From positions 128,001-192,000 of the forward strand of contig OZ244653.1 in assembly GCA_965218795.1 (NCBI GenBank): 64,000 nt of DNA, in the 5' to 3' direction. How positions within the stretch are numbered: position 1 is the first letter of the stretch; the number at the start of each line of letters is the position of its first letter. This DNA is from a bacterium (GTDB lineage Bacteria > UBA8248 > JACPRG01 > G963555815). The position numbers and the translations under genes were made by a program. Below the pieces are notes generated by a model. That model worked only from the letters and a program-made list of their open reading frames with translations, did no database searches and was not told the origin of the DNA. Below are positions 9,752 to 18,726 of the stretch, one piece after another.

Positions 9752-10677
9752 GCCGGGAGGGACGCAGGGCCATGATCCGTCGCGACCATCCCAAACTCAG
9801 CTTGAGCCGTCAATGCCGCCTGCTTTCCATCAGCCGATCCTCGCTGTACCACACGCCCAAGGGCGAGAGTGCGCAGAACCTGGCGTTGATGCGGCGGATC
9901 GATGAGTTGTTCTTGAAATACCCGTTCTACGGCAGCCGCCAGATGGTCCGTCATTTGTGGCGCGAGGGAGTCCGTGTCGGTCGTCACCGGGTTCGGCGTC
10001 TGATGCGGCTGATGGGCCTACAGGCCATCTACCAAGCGCCGAGAACCACCAGACCACATCCCGAACACCGGGTTTATCCCTATCTTCTCAAGGGACTCGC
10101 CATCGAGCGGCCCAATCAGGTCTGGACCGCGGACATAACCTATATCCCCGTCCAGCGCGGCTTCCTGTACCTGGTAGCCGTCATGGACTGGGCCACCCGC
10201 CGTGTGCTCGCCTGGCGGCTGTCCAACACCCTGGATGCCCGCTTCTGCGTCGAGGCCCTGACCGAAGCCCTGGACCGCTACGGCCGGCCTCGGATCTTCA
10301 ATACCGACCAAGGCAGCCAGTTCACCAGCCTCGCGTTTACCGCTGTCCTCCAAGACGCCGGCGTCGCCATCTCCATGGACGGCCGGGGCCGATGCATGGA
10401 CAACATCTTCATCGAGCGCCTCTGGCGTTCGCTCAAATACGAAGCGGTGTATCTGCACGAGCTCACCGACGGCTTCGCAGCCCAAAGGGCCATTGCCAAG
10501 TGGCTCGACTTCTATAACACCGAAAGACCTCATTCCGCCCTGGCTGGCTCTACCCCGGCCGAGGCCTACGAAAAAGGACTGCCGCCGCAGATGCAGGCCA
10601 AGCCCCACCGCTTGCCTGCCCCTCTGCCGGCTCAACCAGAACAGAAAGACGGGTCAAACAGGACGCTGGCGGCATGA
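9745..10677 (+). CDS. IS3 OrfB (DDE integrase core)
   Basis: WTADITY, NTDQGSQF, DNIFIERLWRSLKYE. Confidence 0.92.
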   Translation: MVSREGRRAMIRRDHPKLSLSRQCRLLSISRSSLYHTPKGESAQNLALMRRIDELFLKYPFYGSRQMVRHLWREGVRVGRHRVRRLMRLMGLQAIYQAPRTTRPHPEHRVYPYLLKGLAIERPNQVWTADITYIPVQRGFLYLVAVMDWATRRVLAWRLSNTLDARFCVEALTEALDRYGRPRIFNTDQGSQFTSLAFTAVLQDAGVAISMDGRGRCMDNIFIERLWRSLKYEAVYLHELTDGFAAQRAIAKWLDFYNTERPHSALAGSTPAEAYEKGLPPQMQAKPHRLPAPLPAQPEQKDGSNRTLAA

Positions 10678-10739
10678 TCAATGAACCGAATACACCTTCA
10701 CTCAGCCGCCTAACTGTCCAAGATAGTGGGACCACCTCA

Positions 10740-11019
10740 CTCCAAGCTCAGCGTCTCCGATCTGTATTTGGCCACCCCTCTTCCAGAAGACTTTGTTTTT
10801 ACCTAAACATGCTACTCCTTGTTGAACGGTCCCAACTTCCTGTCCTCTCTTCATTTTACTGATTAACTTCCTGAACATAATTGGCCGGGATTTTCCAGAA
10901 ACAGGAATTGAGGCTTCGGTAGCAAATTGCCGAATTGGAGTGTCGGAGACACAACCGGATAGCAACAGAAAACCAAGGAACCAAACAACTCGAAGGGAAG
11001 ACTCTGTTTGGGTGTTCAT
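10740..11019 (-). pseudogene. 5' part of a lipoprotein gene, probably the start of the interrupted protease
   Basis: MNTQTESSLRVVWFLGFLLLSGC lipobox; GGAGAGG RBS; same strand and same low-GC composition as the protease part. Confidence 0.65.
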
Positions 11020-11103
11020 TTTCCTCTCCCGATGATTTCTTTCAATCTTGAGCGAGCAAATTCTCAATACAAGTGAAAATCGGATTTCCTATTCCAAATC
11101 TGG

Positions 11104-11220
11104 ATAGTGTGTCCCAAATCTTTCGTTGCCGTTTGACCCATTTGAGCTTTCTCTGGGGATGCATGATTCCAGGGACACCAAACCAAATTCTTGACTTTTG
11201 AGAAATAAATATGGTGTCCC
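11104..11220. repeat. Cluster of GGGACACCA/TGGTGTCCC motifs (RAYT-element end-like)
   Basis: Perfect inverted pair 11172-11180 / 11212-11220 plus a variant at 11104-11115; the same motif bounds the elements at 34321 and 37893. Confidence 0.55.
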
Positions 11221-11253
11221 GACAATTGAGGTGGCAACGAGCCGCTGCGCAAC

Positions 11254-12141
11254 CTATGAAGGTGCGATTCCGGTCCCGGCTTCCTTCTCATAAACGCGGA
11301 TGAGCTGGTTGATGTCGGCATTCGCGCCATGCTCGCTCACGGCCGCCTGAAAGATTTCCCGAACCAGATCCCCCAATCGCGTCGGCGTCTCCGTATCCCC
11401 GCCCAGCTTCGTCGCCAGGCGGACGTCCTTGTACATCAGGCCGAGCGTGAAGCCCTGGTCCAGCTCTCCCGGGAGAATGAACTGCGGCAGGGTGATCTCC
11501 GTGTGATAACTGCGGCCGGACCCCTTCCGGAGGATTTCGGCGCACACAGTGGGATCGAGACCGTTCTTGACGGCCAAAGCCATTCCCTCGAACGTGGCGG
11601 CCCGGTTGCAGGCGGAGATCATGTTGTTGACCAGCTTCATCGTGTGGCCGGTGCCCACCCCGCCCGTGTGGAACACGTTCGGACTGACCCCGGCAAACAC
11701 CTCGTAACACCGGTCGAACAGATCCTTCGGCGCGCCGACCATAATGGCCAGCGTCCCTTTTTCCGCCCCCTGCGGTCCGCCGCTGACAGGCGCGTCGATC
11801 AGATGAATGTCGTGGTCGGAGAGTTTCCGGGCCATCTCTCGCGTGGCCGTCGGGTCGCCCGTGGTCATGTCCGCGATGACGCTGCCGGGCCGGAGGCCGG
11901 CGAGCAGCCCGTCGCCGTCGAAGATGACCGAGCGGACCTCGTCCGAGGTGGGAAGACAGGTGAGGACCAGGTCGCACGCGGCCCCGAGCGCCTCCGGACT
12001 CTTCATCGGGATCGCCCCCGCTTCGGCGAACTCCTCGACCGCCCCCGGCCGAATGTCGTACGCGCGCAGCTTGCGGGCGCGCAGTATGCGGCGCGCGATC
12101 GCGCCCCCCATGCTCCCCAGACCCACGGACCCTACGTTCAT
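11254..12141 (-). CDS. NAD(P)-dependent beta-hydroxyacid dehydrogenase (3-hydroxyisobutyrate DH family)
   Basis: VGLGSMG, IDAPVSGG, GTLAIMVG, MKLVNN, LMYKD. Confidence 0.9.
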   Translation of the reverse strand: MNVGSVGLGSMGGAIARRILRARKLRAYDIRPGAVEEFAEAGAIPMKSPEALGAACDLVLTCLPTSDEVRSVIFDGDGLLAGLRPGSVIADMTTGDPTATREMARKLSDHDIHLIDAPVSGGPQGAEKGTLAIMVGAPKDLFDRCYEVFAGVSPNVFHTGGVGTGHTMKLVNNMISACNRAATFEGMALAVKNGLDPTVCAEILRKGSGRSYHTEITLPQFILPGELDQGFTLGLMYKDVRLATKLGGDTETPTRLGDLVREIFQAAVSEHGANADINQLIRVYEKEAGTGIAPS

Positions 12142-12444
12142 CACCTTTCCCTCATAACCGGTTGGTTGAGCGTTGCCCCCAGGACCCCGGCAGGGCTGGG
12201 AGTCCTCGGGGGGACATTTTGGCGGCAACGCGCCGCATCCGGGCACCATCAGGGGATCATGAATCGGGAATTCCTGTACCCAGCTGCAAGCTGCACGGTA
12301 TCCCCTGTTTCCCCTGGCGAGAGAGCGGTCCGCCAATCTCTCGCGAAATAAAGGTTGGGGGGTCCAGGAGGGCGGGTTTACAGAAAATCTCCCCCGGAGT
12401 CTGCCGCGCCTGCCCCGCGGTGTAATCCATCATTACGGCATAGC

Positions 12445-13527
12445 TCAGCCCACCGGCGCGGATTCGGTCGGGGATTTTCCCTGAAGCTCGGGGAACACCG
12501 TTTCCGCAAACATCCGGAGCATCTTCAGCGTCTTCTCGGGGTCGTAATAGGGCGGGTAGTGAAGCACCAGCGAGGTCGCTCCGGTCGTGGACTGGAGCTT
12601 GCGGATGCGGCCGATCACCGTCTCCGGCGAACCGTGGATGAACGTGGTCTCAGCCAACTCATCGTAGTCCAGCTCAATCCCCATATCCTTCTCGGAGACG
12701 TTTCCGAGGTAACCCGCGGTCCCTTGAGTCAGGAAATGCGTCAGGTGACGGATGATGCCATCCTCGCTCTCGGCCTTGGCCTGTGCGTCGGTCTCGGCGA
12801 TGTAGACCCAGCGCGCGACATCAACCCGCCCGAAGGCGGGGTTTTGGTTCCAGGGGGCGGGTGCTTCCCGCATCTTCTCCCGATAGAAGGAAATCTGGGC
12901 CGCCAGCTTTTCGAACGCGGGCAGGGTGGAGAGCATGAGCCCGAATCCGTGGCGCGCGGCGACGGCGATGGAACGTTCCGTGCCCGCCGCCATATAAAGC
13001 GGCGGGTGCGGCTCCTGGACGCCGGCGGGGAAGATTTCGTAATCGCCCGTGACGTTATGACGGAAGTATTTCCCCTTGTGGTCGATCTGCCGCTGATGCA
13101 GGGTCTCGAGGACGAGGGGCAGGGCCTCTTCCTGGATTTCCCGCCGCTCCTCGAAGCCGATTCCCAGACCCTTGAATTCGTAAGGGCGATAACCCGAACC
13201 GAGACCCAGAATGAGGCGCCCCTCGGTGAGAATGTCCACGAACGCCGCGTTCTCGGCGATCCGGACGGGGTTGTACAACGGGAGCGTCATCACCGCCGAG
13301 CCCAGCCTGATCCGCTTTGTTTTGGCCGCCAGATAGGCGATGTAGGTGAACGGGTCGGGCAGGATGCCGTACTGGTTGCTGAAGTGATGCTCGGCGATCC
13401 AGGCGATGTCGAAGCCGAGCGTGTCGGCCTCCTGTATCTCCCGGGTGACGCGGGCGTGGACGTCCCGATGCGGGTAGGGCTCCCTCTCCGCGTTGGGGTG
13501 TGACGTGAACAGGATTCCGAATTTCAA
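12445..13527 (-). CDS. LLM-class flavin-dependent (luciferase-like) oxidoreductase
   Basis: GFDIAWIAEHHFS, RIRLGSAV, PVRIAE, GRLILGLGSGY. Confidence 0.9.
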   Translation of the reverse strand: MKFGILFTSHPNAEREPYPHRDVHARVTREIQEADTLGFDIAWIAEHHFSNQYGILPDPFTYIAYLAAKTKRIRLGSAVMTLPLYNPVRIAENAAFVDILTEGRLILGLGSGYRPYEFKGLGIGFEERREIQEEALPLVLETLHQRQIDHKGKYFRHNVTGDYEIFPAGVQEPHPPLYMAAGTERSIAVAARHGFGLMLSTLPAFEKLAAQISFYREKMREAPAPWNQNPAFGRVDVARWVYIAETDAQAKAESEDGIIRHLTHFLTQGTAGYLGNVSEKDMGIELDYDELAETTFIHGSPETVIGRIRKLQSTTGATSLVLHYPPYYDPEKTLKMLRMFAETVFPELQGKSPTESAPVG

Positions 13528-13912
13528 GGGGTTCTTCCCGGGTCGGGTCTCAACAAGCTCGTGAACTCCAGCCTTGCGGCCCTGCGGGGACGATCACATG
13601 TTGGCGTGGACATCTGCACGACGGATCGATCCCTCTCGCATCTCCGAATGCTGCAATGATACCATACAATTTTCATTCGTCGGGAGTCCTGGGCCGCGCG
13701 CCCGACGGGTTCGGGAGGGACTCGATATATCAGGAAGCCCAAGACTGCAACGGATTGAAGTTTGCGGCCTATCCCGATACGCTTTGGAATCGGGAGCCCG
13801 GCGCTGAATCCCGTTCGAGGGTCCTCAGAGCGTGGGGCCGGACGGCCCGCGGTTTCCGTCTCCTGAGTCGGAAGCCGATGCAAGAAACGCCGGAGCCCTT
13901 TGGAGGCCCGTC

Positions 13913-14827
13913 GTGAAGAAAACCAGCCGCCTGAAATCGCTGATCGCCGCGCCCGAGATCCTTGTGCTCCCGGGGGTGCATGACGCCCTGACCGCACGGG
14001 TCGCCGAGAAGGCCGGGTTTGATGCGCTGGTGATGGGCGGATTTGCGGCGACCGGCGTGCTGCTGGGAGAGCCGGACACGGCGCAGCTCACCATGGTGGA
14101 AATGGCCCAATTCTGCGGCCGCGTCAGCGATGCGGTGGAGATCCCCATCCTGGCGGACGCCGATACGGGATTCGGCAACTCCACGAACGTTCGCCGTACG
14201 GTCCGGGAATATGAGAAGGCCGGGGTCTCGGGTTTGTTCATCGAGGACCAAGTGTTCCCGAAACGCTGCGGGCACATGGACGGAAAGGACGTCGTGCCGA
14301 GGGAAGATATCCTCGCCAAGCTTCAAGCCGCGCTGGAGGCCCGGACGGACCCGGATTTCGTCATCGTCGGGCGCACGGACGCATTGGCCGTTCACGGGAT
14401 CGACGAGGCGATCGGGCGGGGGCGGCTCTATCGCGAGCTGGGCGTCGATCTGATTTTCGTCGAGGCCGCCGGAAGCGTGGACGAGATGAGGCGGATATGC
14501 GGGGAAGTCGGCGGTCCCCAGTTGGCCAACATGGTCGAGTTCGGCAAGACCCCCGAGGTGACGGCCCGCGAGCTGGAAGAGCTCGGATACGCCGTGGGGG
14601 TCTGGCCCGTCTCGAGCGTGCTGGCAGCGACGCGGTCGATGTTCGAGCTGATGACCACCCTCAAGAAGGACGGGACGACCGAGGCCGTGAAGGATCGGAT
14701 GATGACCTTTGAAGCGTATTGCGACCTGGTCGGGCTGCCCGGTCTCAGAAGGAGTGAATCCGAAGCGATGAAATCCGCCCAGGAGATTCTGGGCGGATTC
14801 AAGGAATCGCCGGCGGCAGGCGACTGA
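13913..14827 (+). CDS. Isocitrate lyase/PEP mutase family lyase (PrpB/Dml-like)
   Basis: ADADTGFG, IEDQVFPKRCGH, GRTDA, ANMVEFGKTP. Confidence 0.9.
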   Translation: MKKTSRLKSLIAAPEILVLPGVHDALTARVAEKAGFDALVMGGFAATGVLLGEPDTAQLTMVEMAQFCGRVSDAVEIPILADADTGFGNSTNVRRTVREYEKAGVSGLFIEDQVFPKRCGHMDGKDVVPREDILAKLQAALEARTDPDFVIVGRTDALAVHGIDEAIGRGRLYRELGVDLIFVEAAGSVDEMRRICGEVGGPQLANMVEFGKTPEVTARELEELGYAVGVWPVSSVLAATRSMFELMTTLKKDGTTEAVKDRMMTFEAYCDLVGLPGLRRSESEAMKSAQEILGGFKESPAAGD

Positions 14828-15167
14828 GGTGAATGGGATCCGATGAAGGCCCGATCAGGTCGTCATCGCATCATCGTCTTCGGGATTTCCCTTTGGCCGT
14901 TTTTGATTCACGGGCGCGCCCCGAAGTCCGGAATACAGGTTCAAAAAAAGCGGACAAATGCGCCGGTCCTTGGTGGATCAGGTTCTGAGCGGCGGCGTGC
15001 CGGAGGAATACGAAGACTCTTTGTTCGCGGTTTCCTCCTCTCCCGACGGCCGGCTTCGGGCAATGGGGACAGTTCCGTCCGCATCTGAGGAAATCCCGTG
15101 GGACCGGCACAGGGGCGAGACCGTCTGTCGCCATGACCTCATTGCCGCTTGAGTGGGAGCGCTGCGG

Positions 15168-16691
15168 ATGACGGGATGGATGTACGATATCGCCCGCGAG
15201 CAGTCGCCTCGCGAGGATCGCGTTCGGGATTTGCTCCTTCAATCGAAAGATGCCGGATACGGCGCTGTTGGGCTGTACCTGGAGCACCGCTACGCCTACC
15301 CTTCGGTTCCTTGGGCGGCCGCCCCCGGTTCCCTGACGCCGGAATTAGTCGGCCGGCTGAGGGCGGACCCCTATCTCTCAGGGCTGCGTATCACCCCGTT
15401 TCTGAATACGCTGGGTCACATGGAAGGCTTCATCCGCGCGGAGGGGGGGCAATGGCTTGCCGAGGGGCCGGGAAAAGGCTTCCTCCAGCTTTGCCCCAGC
15501 CGCCCGGAGTGCGCCGAATTCGCCTGGACCTTGGTATCCGACGCCATGGAAGCCTTCGACGATGAGTGGGTCCACCTGGGAGGCGATGAGGCCCAGCAGC
15601 TGGGTCAATGCCCGCGCTGCGCCGGGCGGATGAAATCGGGCGGCGTGGCGGCGCTATACGGCGATTACTGCGGACGCATCTGTCGCCGGGTTCTCGACAG
15701 CGGCCGAAGGCCGTGCCTGTGGGGCGACATGCTGGCCAAATTCCCCAACGCCCTGAACGAGATTCCCAAGGGGACCGTTATTTTCGATTGGAATTATTCC
15801 GGTTCCCCCGCGGATACGACACGATTGTTCCGGGAGCGGGGCTTCGACGTTGTCTGTTGCCCGGCGGTGCGGACCTATGACGCCGGTTGGTGCTTTCTCG
15901 ACGAGACCCGCAGGGTCATTGATGCGCACGCGGAGGAAGCCCGCCAGCTGGGGGCGCTGGGGGTATGGGTATGCGCTTGGGAGTTTTTCGGGTTCTCCTC
16001 CCTCTCGTCGATTGTTCCCCTGATCCTGGCGGCCGGCCGGCGGATCGAGAATGGAGACGCATGGGCTTCCGCCATCCGGTCCGTGGGAGGGGAGGGGTAT
16101 GCCCGCGCCGCTGAGCTTCTGGGCTCGAAGATCCCGTCCGCCTCCGCGTTTCTGGCCCTGGGGACTTGGCGTTCGCTTCGCGAATCCTTCGTTCTGGGGG
16201 GAAACCCGTTCCGATTGTGGAGCGCCTGGAGAGCGGATGCCTGCGGACCCGCAGGGGACACGATACTCCGGAGGTGTGACGAGGCGGAAGGATTGCTGCC
16301 GGAAGAGAGTCCGCTCCGCTTTCCCGTTGAATTGCACATAGTGGCGGTGGAGTGGGTGCGCCTGGTGGAGGAGGCTTATCGATTCTATTCCGCTGGGAAT
16401 TCAGAGGGTTGTGCCGCGGTGCTCGAGACCGGCCGCTCGTTATTGAATCGCCTGCGTCCGGGGCTTGAGCGCGTGGCATCCGAAGGAGGCTCCTCGGTCG
16501 ATCTCGCGCGACTGGATCGCCTCATCCGGTTTGTCGGGGAGGTGGTGAGTCGATTAGAGAATCTGGGGCGGGATGACCCTTGGCGCCCCGCTTTTGAAAC
16601 GCTCGTGGACGAGGCCTATGTCCCCGGCGATCAGGCGGCCTGGCATTCGAAGTTTGCTCCTTTCCCCCGTATACCCGGCTCGGGGGAATGA
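15168..16691 (+). CDS. Glycoside hydrolase family 20-like (hexosaminidase) protein
   Basis: PFLNTLGHME, VHLGGDEA catalytic DE motif, LWGDML, DWNY. Confidence 0.75.
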   Translation: MTGWMYDIAREQSPREDRVRDLLLQSKDAGYGAVGLYLEHRYAYPSVPWAAAPGSLTPELVGRLRADPYLSGLRITPFLNTLGHMEGFIRAEGGQWLAEGPGKGFLQLCPSRPECAEFAWTLVSDAMEAFDDEWVHLGGDEAQQLGQCPRCAGRMKSGGVAALYGDYCGRICRRVLDSGRRPCLWGDMLAKFPNALNEIPKGTVIFDWNYSGSPADTTRLFRERGFDVVCCPAVRTYDAGWCFLDETRRVIDAHAEEARQLGALGVWVCAWEFFGFSSLSSIVPLILAAGRRIENGDAWASAIRSVGGEGYARAAELLGSKIPSASAFLALGTWRSLRESFVLGGNPFRLWSAWRADACGPAGDTILRRCDEAEGLLPEESPLRFPVELHIVAVEWVRLVEEAYRFYSAGNSEGCAAVLETGRSLLNRLRPGLERVASEGGSSVDLARLDRLIRFVGEVVSRLENLGRDDPWRPAFETLVDEAYVPGDQAAWHSKFAPFPRIPGSGE

Positions 16692-16725
16692 CGGATCCCC
16701 CCAAGCGAGATCATCGAGACGTCTA

Positions 16726-16848
16726 ATGGATTGGGGGACGGAGAAGCAGGAACGGTATAGAACCAGGGATGTCTGTGAGATTTTGGGAATTGCGCCCGAC
16801 GCATTGCGTGGAAAGATTGACTCGGAGCAGTATCCCTTGCCAAGCTAA
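16726..16848 (+). pseudogene. Short excisionase/MerR-like HTH fragment
   Basis: YRTRDVCEILGIAPDALRGKI..QYP resembles HTH_17/AlpA starts; only 40 aa. Confidence 0.35.
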
Positions 16849-16938
16849 GGACATGGCGGGGAGGATGTTTTGGACGGAGGAGGAGACTGAGCGTAGTGCA
16901 AATTGAGTCTGACCGGATTGAGTCCCAAGTCCTTAATC

Positions 16939-17013
16939 TGTACGACCAGGTATCTTCCAGAACAGATGATATCTATCAAAAAGGGGGAAGGAGGCCCCCC
17001 GGATGTCTGCCCT
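16939..17013 (-). repeat. Dispersed mosaic repeat, copy 2 (segments 2+3)
   Basis: Reverse complement GGGCAGACATCCGGGGGGCCTCCTTCCCCCTT...GATATCATCTGTTCTGGAAGATACCTGGTCGTACA matches 38479-38535 and 8361-8380. Confidence 0.8.
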
Positions 17014-17466
17014 AGACAGGCGCCAGCCGTAATCGGTTGATCCGCGCCAAAATGAGGCTGAACACTTCCCTGGTTTTTGTGCAAGCTCCCCGGTGCGCTT
17101 GATAAATACACTGGATTCATCCGGCGAGAGACCGGGGCGGATTTCGGCCGGACCCCTATCAAGCCACACTCGTCACGATTGCGACCTTGCAATTCGGCGA
17201 TCTGGTGCGCTCGGTCCTTTTGGGTCGGCGGGATGACGAATTTCTCCTCGTTCCGCAAAGCGGTACGTCAGCCGGGAACGCCGTGTTCGGGCTGGACGGA
17301 TCGGATGGACCGGCGCTTGCAGCGATCCAGTTGAAATCCCTGCCTGTCACGCAATTGCCATCATTCGGTAACCGGGTGGCCATAGCATCCAGGGTGTGAG
17401 CGACTTCCCGATTCGCCCTGTCCAAAAGGGTTTTTCTCCATTTGAATTTTCCGGAAACACACAGGA

Positions 17467-17484
17467 CTGTCACAGACCTGGCAT
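17467..17484 (+). promoter_or_regulatory. Pho-box-like site upstream of pstS remnant
   Basis: CTGTCAC-AGAC-CTGGCAT fits the 7-4-7 PhoB consensus CTGTCAT-N4-CTGTCAY; TACTCT follows. Confidence 0.55.
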
Positions 17485-17713
17485 AAACGTTCCGTACTCT
17501 CTTTCCTGTAAGAGATAATTCTCATTCTTTGACGGAGGAAAGGGGGTGGTGGGCGGAAAATTCCTTAACGCGGTGTGAGGTTCCGATTCGCCCAGTCGTT
17601 GTCCGTTGACACGATGCGGGGGATTGAAATTCCAAGGAAGGGCCCCGGAGTTCACTCTTGTTCAACCCAAGTCTAAGGATTCAGGCCGCAGACGGCCTGA
17701 ACGGAGGAGAAAG

Positions 17714-18029
17714 ATGCTGAAGAAGCTTTCCATCGCAGTGCTGGCCGCGACCTTTCTGATGGCGGCCGGATCAGGCGTCAAAGCCCAGTGGAAGGTGGAT
17801 CCCCGCCTTCCCTCCTACAAATCCGTGAGTGGTGTTTCCGGAAACCTGAAGTCGATCGGATCGGATACCCTCAACAACCTGATGACTCTTTGGGCGGAAG
17901 GATTCAAGGCCCAATATACCGGACGTGAAGATTGAGATCGAAGGGAAGGGCTCCTCCACGGCCCCGCCCGCGCTGATCGCCGGGACTTCCCATTTTGGGC
18001 CGATGTCCCGTCCACCAATCAGAAGATAG
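17714..18029 (+). pseudogene. pstS: Phosphate ABC transporter substrate-binding protein remnant (frameshifted, truncated)
   Basis: Signal peptide, [21 protein letters not shown], then after one extra base near 17918 [29 protein letters not shown], then stop. Confidence 0.85.
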
Positions 18030-18047
18030 CAGACCCGGGCGAAGAGG

Positions 18048-18527
18048 TCAGCGAACTTCCCCTTCCAGCCAACCCGTTGGCACGCGGACGGCCACAATCT
18101 CTCCCCGGGCCGTCTCCTCCCCGCGCGAATAGAGCGAACATTCCATCACCGTTTTCTTGGGTTTCATTTCGAGTATGCGTCCCCGGAGCGTCACGGGTTC
18201 GGCGACCGCCGAGGGCTTCAGATAAGAAACTCGTAAGGAGCCGGTCACGTACCAGATGGGCGGATCGGAATCGATCGGCCTGCCTTCGGCTCGATAGGCC
18301 GCGGCCACAACCGTGCACAGACAGTGGCAGTCGATCAGTGTGGCAATGACGCCGCCGTTCAGGACGTCTCTGGGCCCGGCCGCGTGATGGGGTTCGGGCT
18401 GCCAGGTGCAGACCGTCTCCTTCCTCTCCCAATAGCTCTTGATCTGAAACCCCTTCGCATTGTGGGGGCCGCATCCGTAACAGTGATTGTTCGATATCGC
18501 CTCCTGAAATGAGAGCGCTTCGGTCAT
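18048..18527 (-). CDS. PaaI-family hotdog thioesterase
   Basis: CYGCGPHN.KG, LNGGVIATLIDCH, VTGSLRVSYLKP. Confidence 0.85.
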   Translation of the reverse strand: MTEALSFQEAISNNHCYGCGPHNAKGFQIKSYWERKETVCTWQPEPHHAAGPRDVLNGGVIATLIDCHCLCTVVAAAYRAEGRPIDSDPPIWYVTGSLRVSYLKPSAVAEPVTLRGRILEMKPKKTVMECSLYSRGEETARGEIVAVRVPTGWLEGEVR

Positions 18528-18726
18528 GATTTCTCCTGGGTCGAGTATGGAATATACTGCCGCGTCATCCGACGGGGTTCGGCGGATCGACGCGCGTGGA
18601 ATCCTGACGACGGAAGTGACAAGATTACTCGACCCCTGATCCAACAGGCAATCGGGATAGCCCGGGAAGGCCGAACGGGCGGCCGGAAATCTGGGGTTCC
18701 CGGCATGAAGGAAGAGGGAGGCGCCA

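Larger units (their letters stand above)
9403..10739 (+). mobile_element. IS3-family insertion sequence, copy A (1337 bp)
   Basis: TG...CA ends with IRs TGAGGTGGTCCCAGCAAATCGGACAG / CTGTCCAAGATAGTGGGACCACCTCA; orfA and orfB; no flanking target duplication. Confidence 0.95.

Noticed and set aside
16845-17473. Coding potential of the minus-strand ORFs
   Set aside because: No recognisable motifs; partly overlaps the dispersed repeat
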